From positions 54,374,001 through 54,438,000 of the forward strand of contig OZ024744.1 in NCBI GenBank assembly GCA_964016885.1: 64,000 nt of DNA, read 5' to 3'. This DNA comes from Eledone cirrhosa. Its lineage: Eukaryota. A program made the position numbers and the translations under genes. A model generated the notes under the pieces. It worked only from the letters and a program-made list of their open reading frames with translations. It had not been told where the DNA came from and did no database searches. This document shows, in pieces, positions 1-11,984 of this stretch. How positions within the stretch are numbered: position 1 is the first letter of the stretch; each line of letters begins with the position of its first letter.

Positions 1-796
1 AGCCACCTGAGCCAAGATATGGCTTGATGACCACCGTTTTCATCTTGTCTGGCCTCTATAACATATATATTATATATATATATGCATACATACATACATG
101 CATACACACATACATACATACATACATACATACATACATACATACATACATACATACATACATACATACATACATACATACATGGTGGCTGCCAACTCGT
201 TTTCGAGTACGGCCACTACTTTATATCCATGTAGGAGAACCTCTACTGATGCGCTGAACGAGTGTGACTTTTTAGTCCGGCCAGCGACTAGAAAACTCTG
301 GTACAAACACTACACTTGTGACAATTATTGACACATAATGCTGGGCCCATGGTACCATGTGACGACAAGTGCAGAGAGATCTCCAGATATAAAGCAATGC
401 CTGTGCAGTGAAGCTTTTATAGTGAGCAAAGGCACTGCACAAAGCCAGTCCCACTCTCTTAACCAAGATAATATTTACCAAAAAGAAGAAAAAGTCAACA
501 TCATCGGATACCATCAGGGTTGCAGGTGTTATATTAGAGTATTCCTTCTCCTAGAATTCTGCCTTGACAAAGGCTAAGGGGTCATCTCACCCGGTGATTT
601 TGGATGGCCATTGACTCTTAAGAGTTCCTTTGCCCTTTGACAGGTTTTGTTTTTAGTCCTGCAGGATGTCAAAAGTCAGCTCCTCACCAAGAAACCTTGG
701 TGGCGTTGCCAGTTTAGTCGCCAACGACCCGACCACGAGACAGGTTGTACATACATACACATATATATATATATATATACATATATATATACATAT

Positions 797-869
<73 letters not shown>

Positions 870-875
870 TATATG

Positions 876-909
<34 letters not shown>

Positions 910-912
910 AGC

Positions 913-1102
913 TATCGCGATGTTTTGACTAAAGGAATTAAAGAAATTATTTAGCCTGATAGTGGGGTTAAGAACCCTCTGAGAAATGGAAAAAGACGAG
1001 TATTGACGTACATACTCGTCTTTTTCCATTTCTCCGAGGGTTCTTAACCCCACTATCAGGCTAAATAATTTCTTTAATTCCTTTAGTCAAAACATGGCGA
1101 TA
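913..1102. repeat. Near-perfect palindrome, ~91-bp arms, 8-nt loop, between (TA)n tracts
   Basis: tatcgcgatgttttgact...gacgagtat TGACGTAC atactcgtc...agtcaaaacatggcgata; about 2 mismatches. Confidence 0.95.
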
Positions 1103-1109
1103 TATATAT

Positions 1110-2060
1110 ATATTCGTTTTGCAAGGTTGTTTTGATATGAAATCGTGTGTCAAAACAAATATTGTTATACTTGGGGAGGGTCATATTGTTGTAATAATAT
1201 TGCCAGAAATAATAACAGGTCACACTCACTGTTTGGTTGTTTTCCCTTCTGCATCTTTTATATCATCATAGTTAATTTTATTGTGTTGCATTGTAATGTT
1301 CACGCCATTTTTTTTTTGTCTCCGTCTCTGCGCATGCGTTTGCGTGTGTGTATAATGTTTGGTGTGTGTGTTCACGCGTGGGTGTATGTGTTTTTGTTTT
1401 TGTTTTTGTACTCTATCTTTGTTTACTAGTATGTGTTTATATGTTTGTTGTTATTGTACTTGTATATATATATATTTATTTATATTTCTCTTAAGTCAGT
1501 ATTGTTTGTTTGGGTATGGTTGTTGTTGTTATTCCATTTGTTTTTTCTGTTTAACTTTGGTTTTCTAAGCTCTATTTCGCTCGATTCTCTGATTTGCCTA
1601 CCTGTTGGGTCATTTCTATGTTTAGATATTATTTTAATTTCTATGTTGTCTATATTACCGTGATATATTTGTCTGGTGTGTTCGTATAGTACTCAACATT
1701 ATTTTTGTCCTTTTAATTCCTCTCAGTGTTGGTCGATTCTTTCTCCTATGCTTTGAGCTGTCTCACCTATGTATGTCGTTGTCATGTTTCTGCAAGTACC
1801 CTCTGTACATCTTATGCTATAGACTACATTTCTAGTTTTACAGTTTATCTGGGGGTTTACTTTACATATAACACATTTCCTATTAGATACAGTGGGCTTT
1901 TTTAAAGGATATGTTTTGCTGATCAGGGATTTTATGGTAGTTCCTGGCTTTTCTACCACTTTAAGCTTTAAGTGGGTCTTTCTTAGGGCCTTTCTACATT
2001 GGTTAGCTAATTGCCCCCCAGGGATAACATCTACGAACATGACATATTGCCGTAAGTTTC
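1110..2060 (-). mobile_element. 5'-truncated Penelope/Poseidon-like PLE (GIY-YIG endonuclease end plus 3' tail)
   Basis: ORF 1723-2040 [12 protein letters not shown]...TYIGETAQSIGERI (GIY-YIG); homologous to 17290-18440 and 45400-46335. Confidence 0.85.
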
Positions 2061-2259
2061 AATCAGGGGACCAGTGAATCCCCCCCCCCCCAGACTCATT
2101 AGTGACAAATAATATCTACACAATAATAGCTTTTGCAGTCTCTCTCCCACCATGTAACAGACCACCAGCTGTTTTTGCATTTCATCCTTACGGGGCCGAT
2201 AAAATAAAGTACCAGTAATACACTAGGTGATTGCTGGCCTTGTGTCAAACGTATAAACA

Positions 2260-2650
2260 ATTATTCCAATGGCAATAAAGATGGAGCGCGTGGACCTGAG
2301 CAAATAAAGACCCCCGAAAACCATGATCAGACAAGGAAAATGGTCAGTATAAGAACAATATTGAGGGACTAACATCGGTCAGCATCATTAGTGATTTAGC
2401 CAATCTCTTTATTATATGGTTGGATATGACACTCAAAGAACGAGTAGCCAAGAACCATTTAGCCCTAAATATGTTCTCCCATTATGTAGAGGTTATCTGT
2501 ACGGTAGTATAGACATGCCGCTAAAGAAATCATCAAGGGACTAGAAATAAACGGTAAAAATCATTCAGCAAATAAATACCCAACTCCATCCACTAGAGTA
2601 TTAAAATAGACTGCCCAAACCACAGACTACCTGTCTTAGACACACAACTC
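2260..2650 (+). pseudogene. Degraded PLE reverse transcriptase fragment
   Basis: Translates in part to ...IKIDCPNHRLPVLDTQL, resembling PLE RT motif 6-7; heavily decayed. Confidence 0.45.
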
Positions 2651-2654
2651 TGTA

Positions 2655-2870
2655 TTCTTCTTGTCGTGTCCACAAGAGTGTCAGTTACAAAGCTTGGTTA
2701 GATGTAGTTCCACCACAGTTGTCCTTTCTCATTAAACTCTGTCACGTCCAATGTTGTGCAGGGATGTTCCAGCAGGGGTCATATCAGGAGGTGCCACACA
2801 GTCTGTGGTTTGATGCCGCAGTCACACACAATGTCCCTATCCTTTAAATATCCCCATTTTGCAAGATTGA
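2655..2870 (-). mobile_element. 3' fragment of a LINE with C-terminal CCHC knuckle
   Basis: Minus strand reads KWGYLKDRDIVCDCGIKPQTVWHLL; ends in a short aagaagaa tail. Confidence 0.55.
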
Positions 2871-3149
2871 TATGTATATATGTATGTATGTATGTTCTTC
2901 TGGTTTTATAATTTCACAAATTTTTTCCCAATAGAAAGAGAGAGTCGGTTTCTAACATAGACACAAGACTGTCTCATTGGAATTTACACAACATCAACTA
3001 GGTAGATATGTATGTATGTCTGCATGTATGCATGTGTAGATATGTTATTGTATGTGTGGATGTGTAAGTTTTGAGTTATATGTGTGCATGTGTATAAGCT
3101 TTGTATCTGTACATGTGAATATGCAGTTATTAGATGCAAAATGTTTGGA

Positions 3150-5880
3150 ATATTTTACATATTTTTACTGTTGCATTAATGGATTGTACTTGTAATTTCC
3201 TAACTAGTTGTGGTCTTTCTGTTCCTGTGAAGCCTAGCTTCTCAAGATTTGTATTGAGGCAGTTACTAACATACCCCAGTGACCCAATAATCACAGGCAT
3301 GCATAAATCTGGTGTAATCGGGGTGGAGTATCTGCAGATTTCTCATCAGTTCTGCATAAATATTCTCCTTTCCGCTAATCTTTGATATTATATTGGCATC
3401 TGCTGGGCAGCAAATTTCCACTACTGTGCATGCCTTCTTCTCCCTGTTCCATATCATATTATCTGGTCTGTTATGCCTGCATTTTATTGGGGTTTTAACT
3501 GGAACATTCCACCAGTACTCTTTCATATTATGTATATGTATGTCTTCCACATTGCTGTAGCTTTTAATGTTTATTATCGGTGCTATTTTTTTTACGAACT
3601 GCATTGTACAGTGTTATGGCCATTACATCATGCCTCATAGGTAGATAGTACCGCGATGACATCTTTCGACGGCTGCTTATGACATTGATGATATCTTCGA
3701 TGTTAGTTCTGCAGAGTCTGCACTTGTTATCATATTTAGGTGTTTTGCCTGCATGCCTATCTCTTTTGTGAATCAGGTATTTCGTGTTAATTTCCTGTTC
3801 TTGGATTGCAAAAGCGTATCCTTCAAAGTGGGAGCCAATATAGCAGTTGTTGGTCCAAGATAGACTACTTTCCTTATTTATATTACTCTCCCTTTAGAGT
3901 TTCCTGGCACCATATCCAGGCATGATTGTTTGCTGATAAGTATATAGTTTTTCATCCATGGATTCACTGCGATACTGCTGAGCGACTTCCCTGGGTGTGA
4001 GTTTTTGATTATCACGGGGAATATCTCTCGAGGAGTTCCTTCCCAACTCTCATGATCTCATCTGTTTTATGCAGATATACTTGATCGAAAGACGGGCTCC
4101 TACGCTCGAGGCCCGTAGATGTTGTCGGAGGGATATGATGCGATATTCAAATGCTGTCTAGACTTATGTTAGGCCTCTGCCTCCCTGCTTACGTTTCAAG
4201 TAAAGGCGGTCTATGTCACTGTTGATGTGGAAGTTTCCGGTGTTGTTTAGTATTTTTCGAGTTCTAACATCAATTGCTCGGATTTCGTCTATCATCCAAT
4301 TGAGTATTCCAAACGTTGGTGTTAGGACAGGCACAGCAAACACATTGTGAGCCACTGTTTTGCTGTGCGCAGAGAATTCCGATGACCATATTTTTTTTAA
4401 TCGGGTGTTGTATTCCCTGGTTACGCATTCTTTATTACAGATACCATTATAGGATATGTTCTCATCTATCCCCAGGTATCTGTAGTAGTCCTCATCAGAT
4501 ATCGGTGAAACAGTTAGGCCACTGATGACAATGTTGCTAGATTGGGTTGTTGTTTTTCCCCGCTTTACAATCATATATGAGCATTTATCTTGGTCAAACT
4601 TCATTCCTATATCCTTTGAGAACGTTGTAACCAGGTCAAGATTTTTCTTCATCCCATCCATGTTCTTGGCATAGAGTTTCAGATCACCCATAAATAAATT
4701 ATGGGTTATGTTCGTATTTCTGTCCTCCTGTGAGCCAATGATGTATCCTTCACATTTCTTGAGCAGAAAGGACAAGGGGTTTAATGAAGGATGAAAAATA
4801 TTAGAGAGACTGTCTCCCTGAAATATACCTCTGCGATATTTTATTTATTCAGTGAAAATAGAGTCCTCCCTCTTTGTCTTTAACCTTAGGATAGTAGCCC
4901 AATAAGAAGACAGCTTCTCTATGTCTCTGATAATAATGTCTGGGACTTTAGCAAGTTGGCGGGCCTCTATCATCCAAGAGTGGGGAACAGAATAGAAAGC
5001 TTTCCTGTAGTCCAGCCAGACTGTAGCCATATTCCTCCTAAGTTGTCGCACCCCCGACATCGCAGTTTTGTTGATTAGGAGTTGTTCAGCACATCCCCAA
5101 ACCCCTTTCTTTCCAGTTGCTTGTTCATCTACGATGATGTTATTATTTTCAGGGATCTTGGAGGAATAGGTTCAGGCAGGCTGTATACACCTTATACATC
5201 AGGTTCTGGCATGCAGTGGGTCGGTAGTTTTTTGCCAAGTGGGTGTCTTTGTTCTTGGGACCAGTAATGTTTGTGCTAATGTAAACCATTCTGGTATAGG
5301 TGTATCTCCCTTAAGAACTTGTTGGTAGAGGTCAGTAAGATACCTCCGATAGAATATCAGTTTTTTGTACCAGTAGCCGACAATCATGTCTCTTCCTGTG
5401 TTTTCTTATCTTGGAGTTTTCCTATCACAGTCTCAAGGGTACCCTCACTTATTTCGTATGTTTTTGTTGTAGTGTAGGAGCAATAGTTCTTTCGGATTTC
5501 TTTTAGCCACACTGCATCTTGGTTGAAATTCTTCTTTTCACCCCATTTTTTGCTCCAAAAGGAATGTCTTTCTAGGACGGGGCCTCAGTGACACTTGTTA
5601 TTTTGTTCTTCATATCTCTATAGACTGATGTTTGGTTTCGCCTGAATCTTTTATTAAGCACTTTTCTCTCATCTACCTTCTTCAGGTATCGGCGTTTTTC
5701 GCCAACAGCTCTCAATTCTTGTTTGAGGATGATCAGCTTATATTGAAGTATTCTGGTTCTACTGTTACCAAACATCGTCTCTATTTTCTTTTTCACTCTT
5801 TGTTGGTGAGGAGTGAGGTATGTTATCTCTTTCTCTTAATTTCGAGTATATTTTTGACCGGCCACCTTCCTGGTGGCAAG
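3150..5880 (-). mobile_element. Decayed R4/Dong-like non-LTR retrotransposon (RT, CCHC knuckle, restriction-like endonuclease)
   Basis: Fragments WLDYRKAFYSVPHSW, HNLFMGDLKLYAK, YRYLGI, DRLYLKRKQGGRGL, CRLC knuckle, HNRPDNMIW...VVEICCP; multiple frameshifts. Confidence 0.85.
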
Positions 5881-5899
5881 GTTGTAAAAGAAAAGAAAT

Positions 5900-6240
5900 T
5901 GTCATCCCTTGAATCGCAAGAATGTTTTGCAAATTTTAAAGGTGCCAGTTATCGCAGCCATTTGTAGTCTATGAATTATGGAGCTGCGCTCTTTGTCCGC
6001 AAATCCAAGTTCAGTTATACACTGGTCCAAGCGGGTTGGTATATAACCCGTAGCTCCAATAATGATGGGTATGAAGCTAAAGGTGCATCTTGGATACTGG
6101 ATTTGTAAACTCCTCATCAATGGTCCGTAGATGTCCTCCTTTTTATTTTTCTGACAACGTTTACATCAAGTGGGCAGCTGATCTCCACAACAGAACACGT
6201 TTTCAATGTGTGGTCCCAAACAACAATATCAGGCCGGTTG
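5900..6240 (-). mobile_element. Second R4/Dong-like RLE 3' fragment
   Basis: NRPDIVVWD...VVEISCPLD and FIPIIIGATGYIP (ORF 5902-6120). Confidence 0.75.
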
Positions 6241-6319
6241 TATGTATGTATGTATGAATATCTAGGGCGGGTAAAATTCCCGAGATAATTGTGGATATAA
6301 TTTTTATCTCTATGTTCTC

Positions 6320-6810
6320 TAATGTGCCCCTTTGTTCTATTTTGGCATGTTGGTGGAGTACTGATAAGTTTTTCCCATCCTAGACTTCTCGCTAGTGTTC
6401 ACTTATCCTTTCTCCTATGCTACGGGATGTTTCACCTGTGTATGTTATATTCTTATTCCTACACTGTCCGTCAGTACATCTTATGCTATATACTACGTTC
6501 CTAATTTTGCGATTTGTTTGAGGGCTTAGCTTGCAGACTATGCGTTTCCTATCAGCACAGGGGCATCTTTGAAATGAGTATGTTTTGCTAATTAGGGTTT
6601 TTATGGGAATACCTGGTCTTTCAACTATCTTATTATTTGGTTTGAGCCAGTCTAGGGCCCATCTAAATATGTAAGCTAGTTCGCCTCTAGGGGTTGTAGT
6701 GGCGAACATTACACTCTGTTATTTATTGCTATCATACCATGATTTTGTCTTATTCTTAATCCTTTCTATTCTGTTTCAAAATTTGCTCCTATACATGGGG
6801 CAAGTTCCAT
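6320..6810 (-). mobile_element. PLE GIY-YIG fragment
   Basis: ORF 6392-6709 RNVVYSIRC...TYTGETSRSIGERISEH. Confidence 0.8.
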
Positions 6811-6819
6811 ATATATATT

Positions 6820-7008
6820 AATTGCTTCTACTTTAGGCACAAGGCCAGCAATTACCCAGTGCATTACTGGTACTTTATTTTATCGACCCCGTAAGGATGA
6901 AAGGCAAAGTCAACCTCGGCGAGATTTGAACTGAGATCGTAAAGGGACGTAACTATGCTGGAAAGCATGGCGTCCGACCTTCTACCGATACTGCCAATCC
7001 ACCGTTCC
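6820..7008 (-). mobile_element. tRNA-derived SINE (cephalopod-type)
   Basis: Minus strand has A-box tggcagtatcgg, a B-box-like gttcaaatc and the core gtcgataaaataaagtaccagt; related copies at 2165-2262, 7862-8075 and 55667-55872. Confidence 0.8.
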
Positions 7009-7187
7009 ATATTAATAAAAACGATGAAGATTCGTTTGCATGTATTTAGATTTTGTATTGTGTGTCAGCCTGCTACGCGTCTTTCGTAGCGGATTGGCTC
7101 AGTGTCACCCATAGAAATTATGAATCCGACTCCATTATCGATCTCTCTTCTTACTGGTGAGCCGACAAAAAATATAGTATATATATA

Positions 7188-7222
<35 letters not shown>

Positions 7223-7861
7223 AGGGAGAGAGTAAGGGTAAGATTATATTATTTATTCAAATGTGAGCCACATGAGCTCTGATATAGAGTTACTGTCCTT
7301 GCATTCAAACTGCATCCCCTTCTTTTTTCACTATGTGGGACGTTTCCCTCACCACATCACATTGAATGATGTTATTTAAAGAGTGACAATTTTGCTGTCT
7401 TTTAGGCATAACTGGAGCTTATTGGTCTTAAACCACGGTGATACTTAGTGTCGCGGGGGTGTAACTCCTTTTCTCATTCAACGAGGGAAAATGATTCCCT
7501 GTTTTGTGACATACTCCAGCGCTAAAATTGTCACTTCAGCCAATGTTTAAAATACAGCCACTCACAAGGCAGAAGAGGAACAGAAAATGGATAAATTAAC
7601 AAGATTTTTTTTTTTACAATCTCTCCGCGCTTCTGCGACTAGCATTTCCCTCCGTTGAGAGGAAGGGTATCATGCCTGAGAAATAAGTCCGGAGAGATAC
7701 ATTGGCTTATACAGCTAATATTGCTAGTCTTCTGTTCTGTGGGGCGGCGTAAAACAGACAAGTTGTTTAGAAGTTGTGTACTTATATTTTGGAGAAATAA
7801 AATTATATCCTAGTGTGTTATTTACAATTTAACAAACTGGGTTTATTATAACGTACTTTAA

Positions 7862-8075
7862 GGGCGGTGGATTGGCAGTATTGGTAGAGTGTCGGACAGC
7901 ATGCTTTGTGGCATATAGTTACAGCATTTTACGTTCTGAGTTCAAAACTTACCGAGATTAGCTTTGCCTTTAACATGTACGGGGTCGATAAAATAGACTA
8001 CTAGTAATGCACTAGGGTAGATTTAATCGATTTTCCCTTCAAATTGCTGATTTGTCTGGCCAAATTTAGAAACAA
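7862..8075 (+). mobile_element. tRNA-derived SINE
   Basis: ggcggtggattggcagtattggtaga...gagttcaaa...ggggtcgataaaata. Confidence 0.8.
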
Positions 8076-8086
8076 TTGTAACTTAC

Positions 8087-8308
8087 CAGGCTGCATATCG
8101 ATTATGACCGATTCATTAACATTCGCTGTGGTTGTTGGTAACTCTACAGACTCAGGATCGATAGATGTTATATTAAATTGTTCCAGTTTCTGTTTCCGTC
8201 GTCGGAGTCGTTTTTCACGATAACAAGGAAATATGGACTCAGCAAGCCGTCGGGCGCTTTCAGCACATCTTGAGAGAAACTTTCGGCGCTTTTTACGCTC
8301 CGACATTA
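8087..8308 (-). CDS. Probable coding exon of a host gene (MSERKKRRKFLSRCAES...IIDMQP); product unknown
   Basis: Non-repetitive reading frame with ATG, basic clusters, and a CTG|GTAAGT donor at 8086; TGACGTCA CRE motif upstream near 8916. Confidence 0.5.
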
Positions 8309-8806
8309 TCAAACGAATAGAAAAAGAAACAACAAAAAATAAGCAAACACAAAAACAAATAAGATCAGTTATCAAACACTCAACCAATCAAACAAACAAT
8401 CAGACAATGTAGATCAATTATCAGCAGTAATAAATTTCTGGATTGTTATACAGAAGAATAATTTGTATAAAATACAAAATACACTTGTACACTTTCGAGA
8501 AAATATTTCACTAATGGCAGAAAATATTGAAATAGTATGAATCTATACGTATACATACACATATACGTACACAAATACATACATACAACATATATACATA
8601 CATAAACACTTACATAAATACATACATACCTACAAACATACATACACACATACATGCACACACACACATGCATAACTACTATATACATGTATACATACAT
8701 ACACACACCCATGCACACACACACATATATATATATATATACACACACATTCATACACAAACAGACACATGCACGCATACATATACATATACACACATAT
8801 GCATGC

Positions 8807-8881
<75 letters not shown>

Positions 8882-8999
8882 AACAGAATGTAAATATCTA
8901 TTTAACACACAACCATGACGTCATAATAGCAAATCGAGAAAAACCGTGAAAATCTATAAAAAAATGTTATCATAGATTGGAACGCACAAGGCCCCGATT

Positions 9000-10830
9000 G
9001 TTGTTGTGTTGTTCTGGTGGTGGTGGTGTGGTGGTGTTGGTGGTTTGGTGGTGGTGGTAGTGATGACGGTGGTGGTGGTGGTAGTTTTGACGACGGTCGT
9101 GGTGGTGGTGGTGGTGATTGGGTGGTGGTGGTGGTTTGGTAGTGGTGGTAGTGATGACGGTGGTGGTGGTTGTGGTGGCGGTGGTAGTGATGACGGCGGT
9201 CGTGGTGGTGATGGTGGTGGTAGTGATGACGGCGGTCGTGGTGGTGGTGGTGGTGGTTGGGTGGTGGTGGTGGCGGTGGTGGCGGTGGTAGTGATGACGG
9301 TGGTGGTGGTGGTGGTAGTGATGATGGCGGTCGTGGTGGTGATGGTGGTTGGGTGGCGGTGGTGGTTTGGTGGTGGTGGCGGCGGTGGTGGTGGTAGTGA
9401 TGACGGTGGTGATGGTGGTGGTGATGGTGGTGGTTGGGAGGCGGTGGTGGTTTGGTGATGTTGGTAGTGGTAGTGGTGGTGGTTGGGTGGTGGTGGTGGT
9501 GTGGTGGTGGTGGTGGTGGTGGTGGTGGTAGTGATGACGATGGTGGTGGTGGCAGTGATGACGGTGGTGGTGGTATTGGAGTAGGTGTTAGTGATGGTGG
9601 TAGTGGTGTTGCTCGTGGTGGTAGTGGTGTTAAGGGTGGTGCTTTGTGGTGGTATTGGTGGTGGTGATGTTGGTGGTGGTGGTGAGAGTGGTCTTGATGG
9701 TGGTGGTCGTGTTGTTGTTGGTGGTGGAGGTGTTGGTGGTGTTGGTTTGTGTGGTAGTGGTGGGACTAGTGGTGGTGGTATTAGAGGTGGTGGTGGAGGT
9801 GGTGGTGGAGGTGGTGGAGATGGTGGTGTTGGTGATATTGTTGTTGCTGGTGGTGGTGGTGATGGTGGTGGAGGTGATATGGTGGTGGTGGTGGTGGTAG
9901 TGGTGGCGGTTTTGTGGTGGAGGTGGTGGTGGTTTTTGTGGTGGTGGTGGTTTGCGTGGTGGTGGTGGTGGTGGTGGTGGTGGTGGTGGTAGTGGTAGTG
10001 GTGGTGGTAGTGTTTGCGATGTGGTGGTGGTGGTGGTTTGCGTGGTGGTGGTGGTGGTGGTGGAGGTGGAGGTAGTGGTAGTGGTGGTGGTAGTGTTTGT
10101 GGTGGTGGCGGTGCTAGCGGTGGTGTTAGGGTTGGCAGTCCGGTCGTGGAGGTGGTGATGTTGGAGTTGGTGTTGGTGATGGTGGCGGTGGTGTTGCTCG
10201 TGCTGGTAGTGGTTTAAGCGTGGTGCTTTGTTGGTGGTGTTGGTGGTATTGGTTGTGGTGATGTTGGTGGTGGTGGAGATGGTGGAGGTGGTGGTGTTGG
10301 TGATGTTGTTGTTGGTGGTGGTGGTGGTAGTGGTGGGACTAGTGGTGGTGGTATAAGAGGTGGTGGTGGAGGTGGTGGTGGTGGTGGTGTTGGTGATATT
10401 GTTGTTGGTGGTGGTGGTGATGGTGGTGGAGGTTGTATGTTGGTGGTGACGGTAGTGGTCGTGGTGGTTTGTTGTTGTTGTTGGGAGTGGTGTTGATGAT
10501 GGAGCTGGTGGTGCTGGTGGCGGTGGTAGTGGTGTTTGTGGTGGTAGTGGTGTTGGTGGTAGTGGTGGCGGTACTGGTGTTGTTAGTGGGTGTGGTGCTG
10601 GTGGTGGTGATGGTGCTGGTGATGATGCTGGTGGTGGTGATGATGTTGGTCGTGTTAGTGGTGGTGTTGGTGGTTTTCGTTGTGGTGCTGGTTGTGGTGC
10701 TGGTGGTGGTTTGGGTTTTGGTGCTGGTGCTGGTGGTGGTGATTGTGGTGTTAGTGGTGGTGATGGTAGTGGTGGTGGCGGTGGTGATGGTGGTGGTGGT
10801 GGTGGTGGTGTTGCTGGTGGTGGTGGTGTG
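9000..10830. repeat. Degenerate (GGT)n trinucleotide tract, ~1.8 kb
   Basis: Direct inspection; source of the poly-V/G/W/T ORFs. Confidence 0.97.
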
Positions 10831-10831
10831 T

Positions 10832-10933
10832 TGGCTAAGAACTATCACGTGGCTAGCGGTCAAGGCAGAAAGTTTGTGACACCAATCACAAACTTTATGC
10901 CTTGACCGCTAGCCACGTGATAGTTCTTAGCCA
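10832..10933. repeat. Palindrome, 48-bp arms, 6-nt loop
   Basis: tggctaagaactatcacgtgg...tttgtga CACCAA tcacaaac...ccacgtgatagttcttagcca; 1 mismatch. Confidence 0.95.
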
Positions 10934-11373
10934 TTTTGAATTCATTTCTGGCGGGGATCATGGTAGAAGAAACTTAGTCCAGTCTGAGGTATCTCCTGAA
11001 GAGTTCCAGGCCTCGTGGATGTCTCCAAGATCGGATATTTCCAAAAAGTGGAACGAAACAACCGGTGGTCGAGACTACAAGAATATTGGTAAAATTTATG
11101 TGCATTTTTTTCTTTAAACTTCTATTTTGTACCTAATTCCGTGTAGTTAACTATTTGTCTAGTCAATTTCTACAGGCTAGAAGAAATAATTAGATAAGTG
11201 TCATATGGCTGTACATCGCGGAAAATAATCCTTATCATTTGTCTATTACTTCTTCACAAGTACATTTAAAACTTATTGCCCCGTTTAAATGATTTTTTTA
11301 TGTGGTTAATATATACTGATTGGGAGAGGAAATACTGTATATATTTTATCTATTGGTTCTTTGGACTTGCATT

Positions 11374-11598
<225 letters not shown>

Positions 11599-11677
11599 TA
11601 TTTCCCACTCAATTACCCTAAGTATTGAGTACTCTGGGGCCTTATGGTCCATTTGGTTCCTTACCAAAATTCCTTTG

Positions 11678-11764
<87 letters not shown>

Positions 11765-11846
11765 AGGTAAAGAGAAATAACAACACAATCGGTACAGTAT
11801 ATGGAAGGTACATAGTAGGTTAACGCATGATATAGCAGGAAGAGGG

Positions 11847-11882
11847 TCTTAACGTTTCGGACGCTAGTCCTTCATCAGAAGA
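11847..11882 (-). ncRNA. Minimal type-I hammerhead ribozyme
   Basis: Minus: TCTT CTGATGA A GGAC tagc GTCC GAAAC GTT AAGA. Confidence 0.8.
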
Positions 11883-11980
<98 letters not shown>

Positions 11981-11984
11981 GATA

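Noticed and set aside
6820-8075. tRNA genes
   Set aside because: The A and B boxes belong to SINE heads; no complete cloverleaf.
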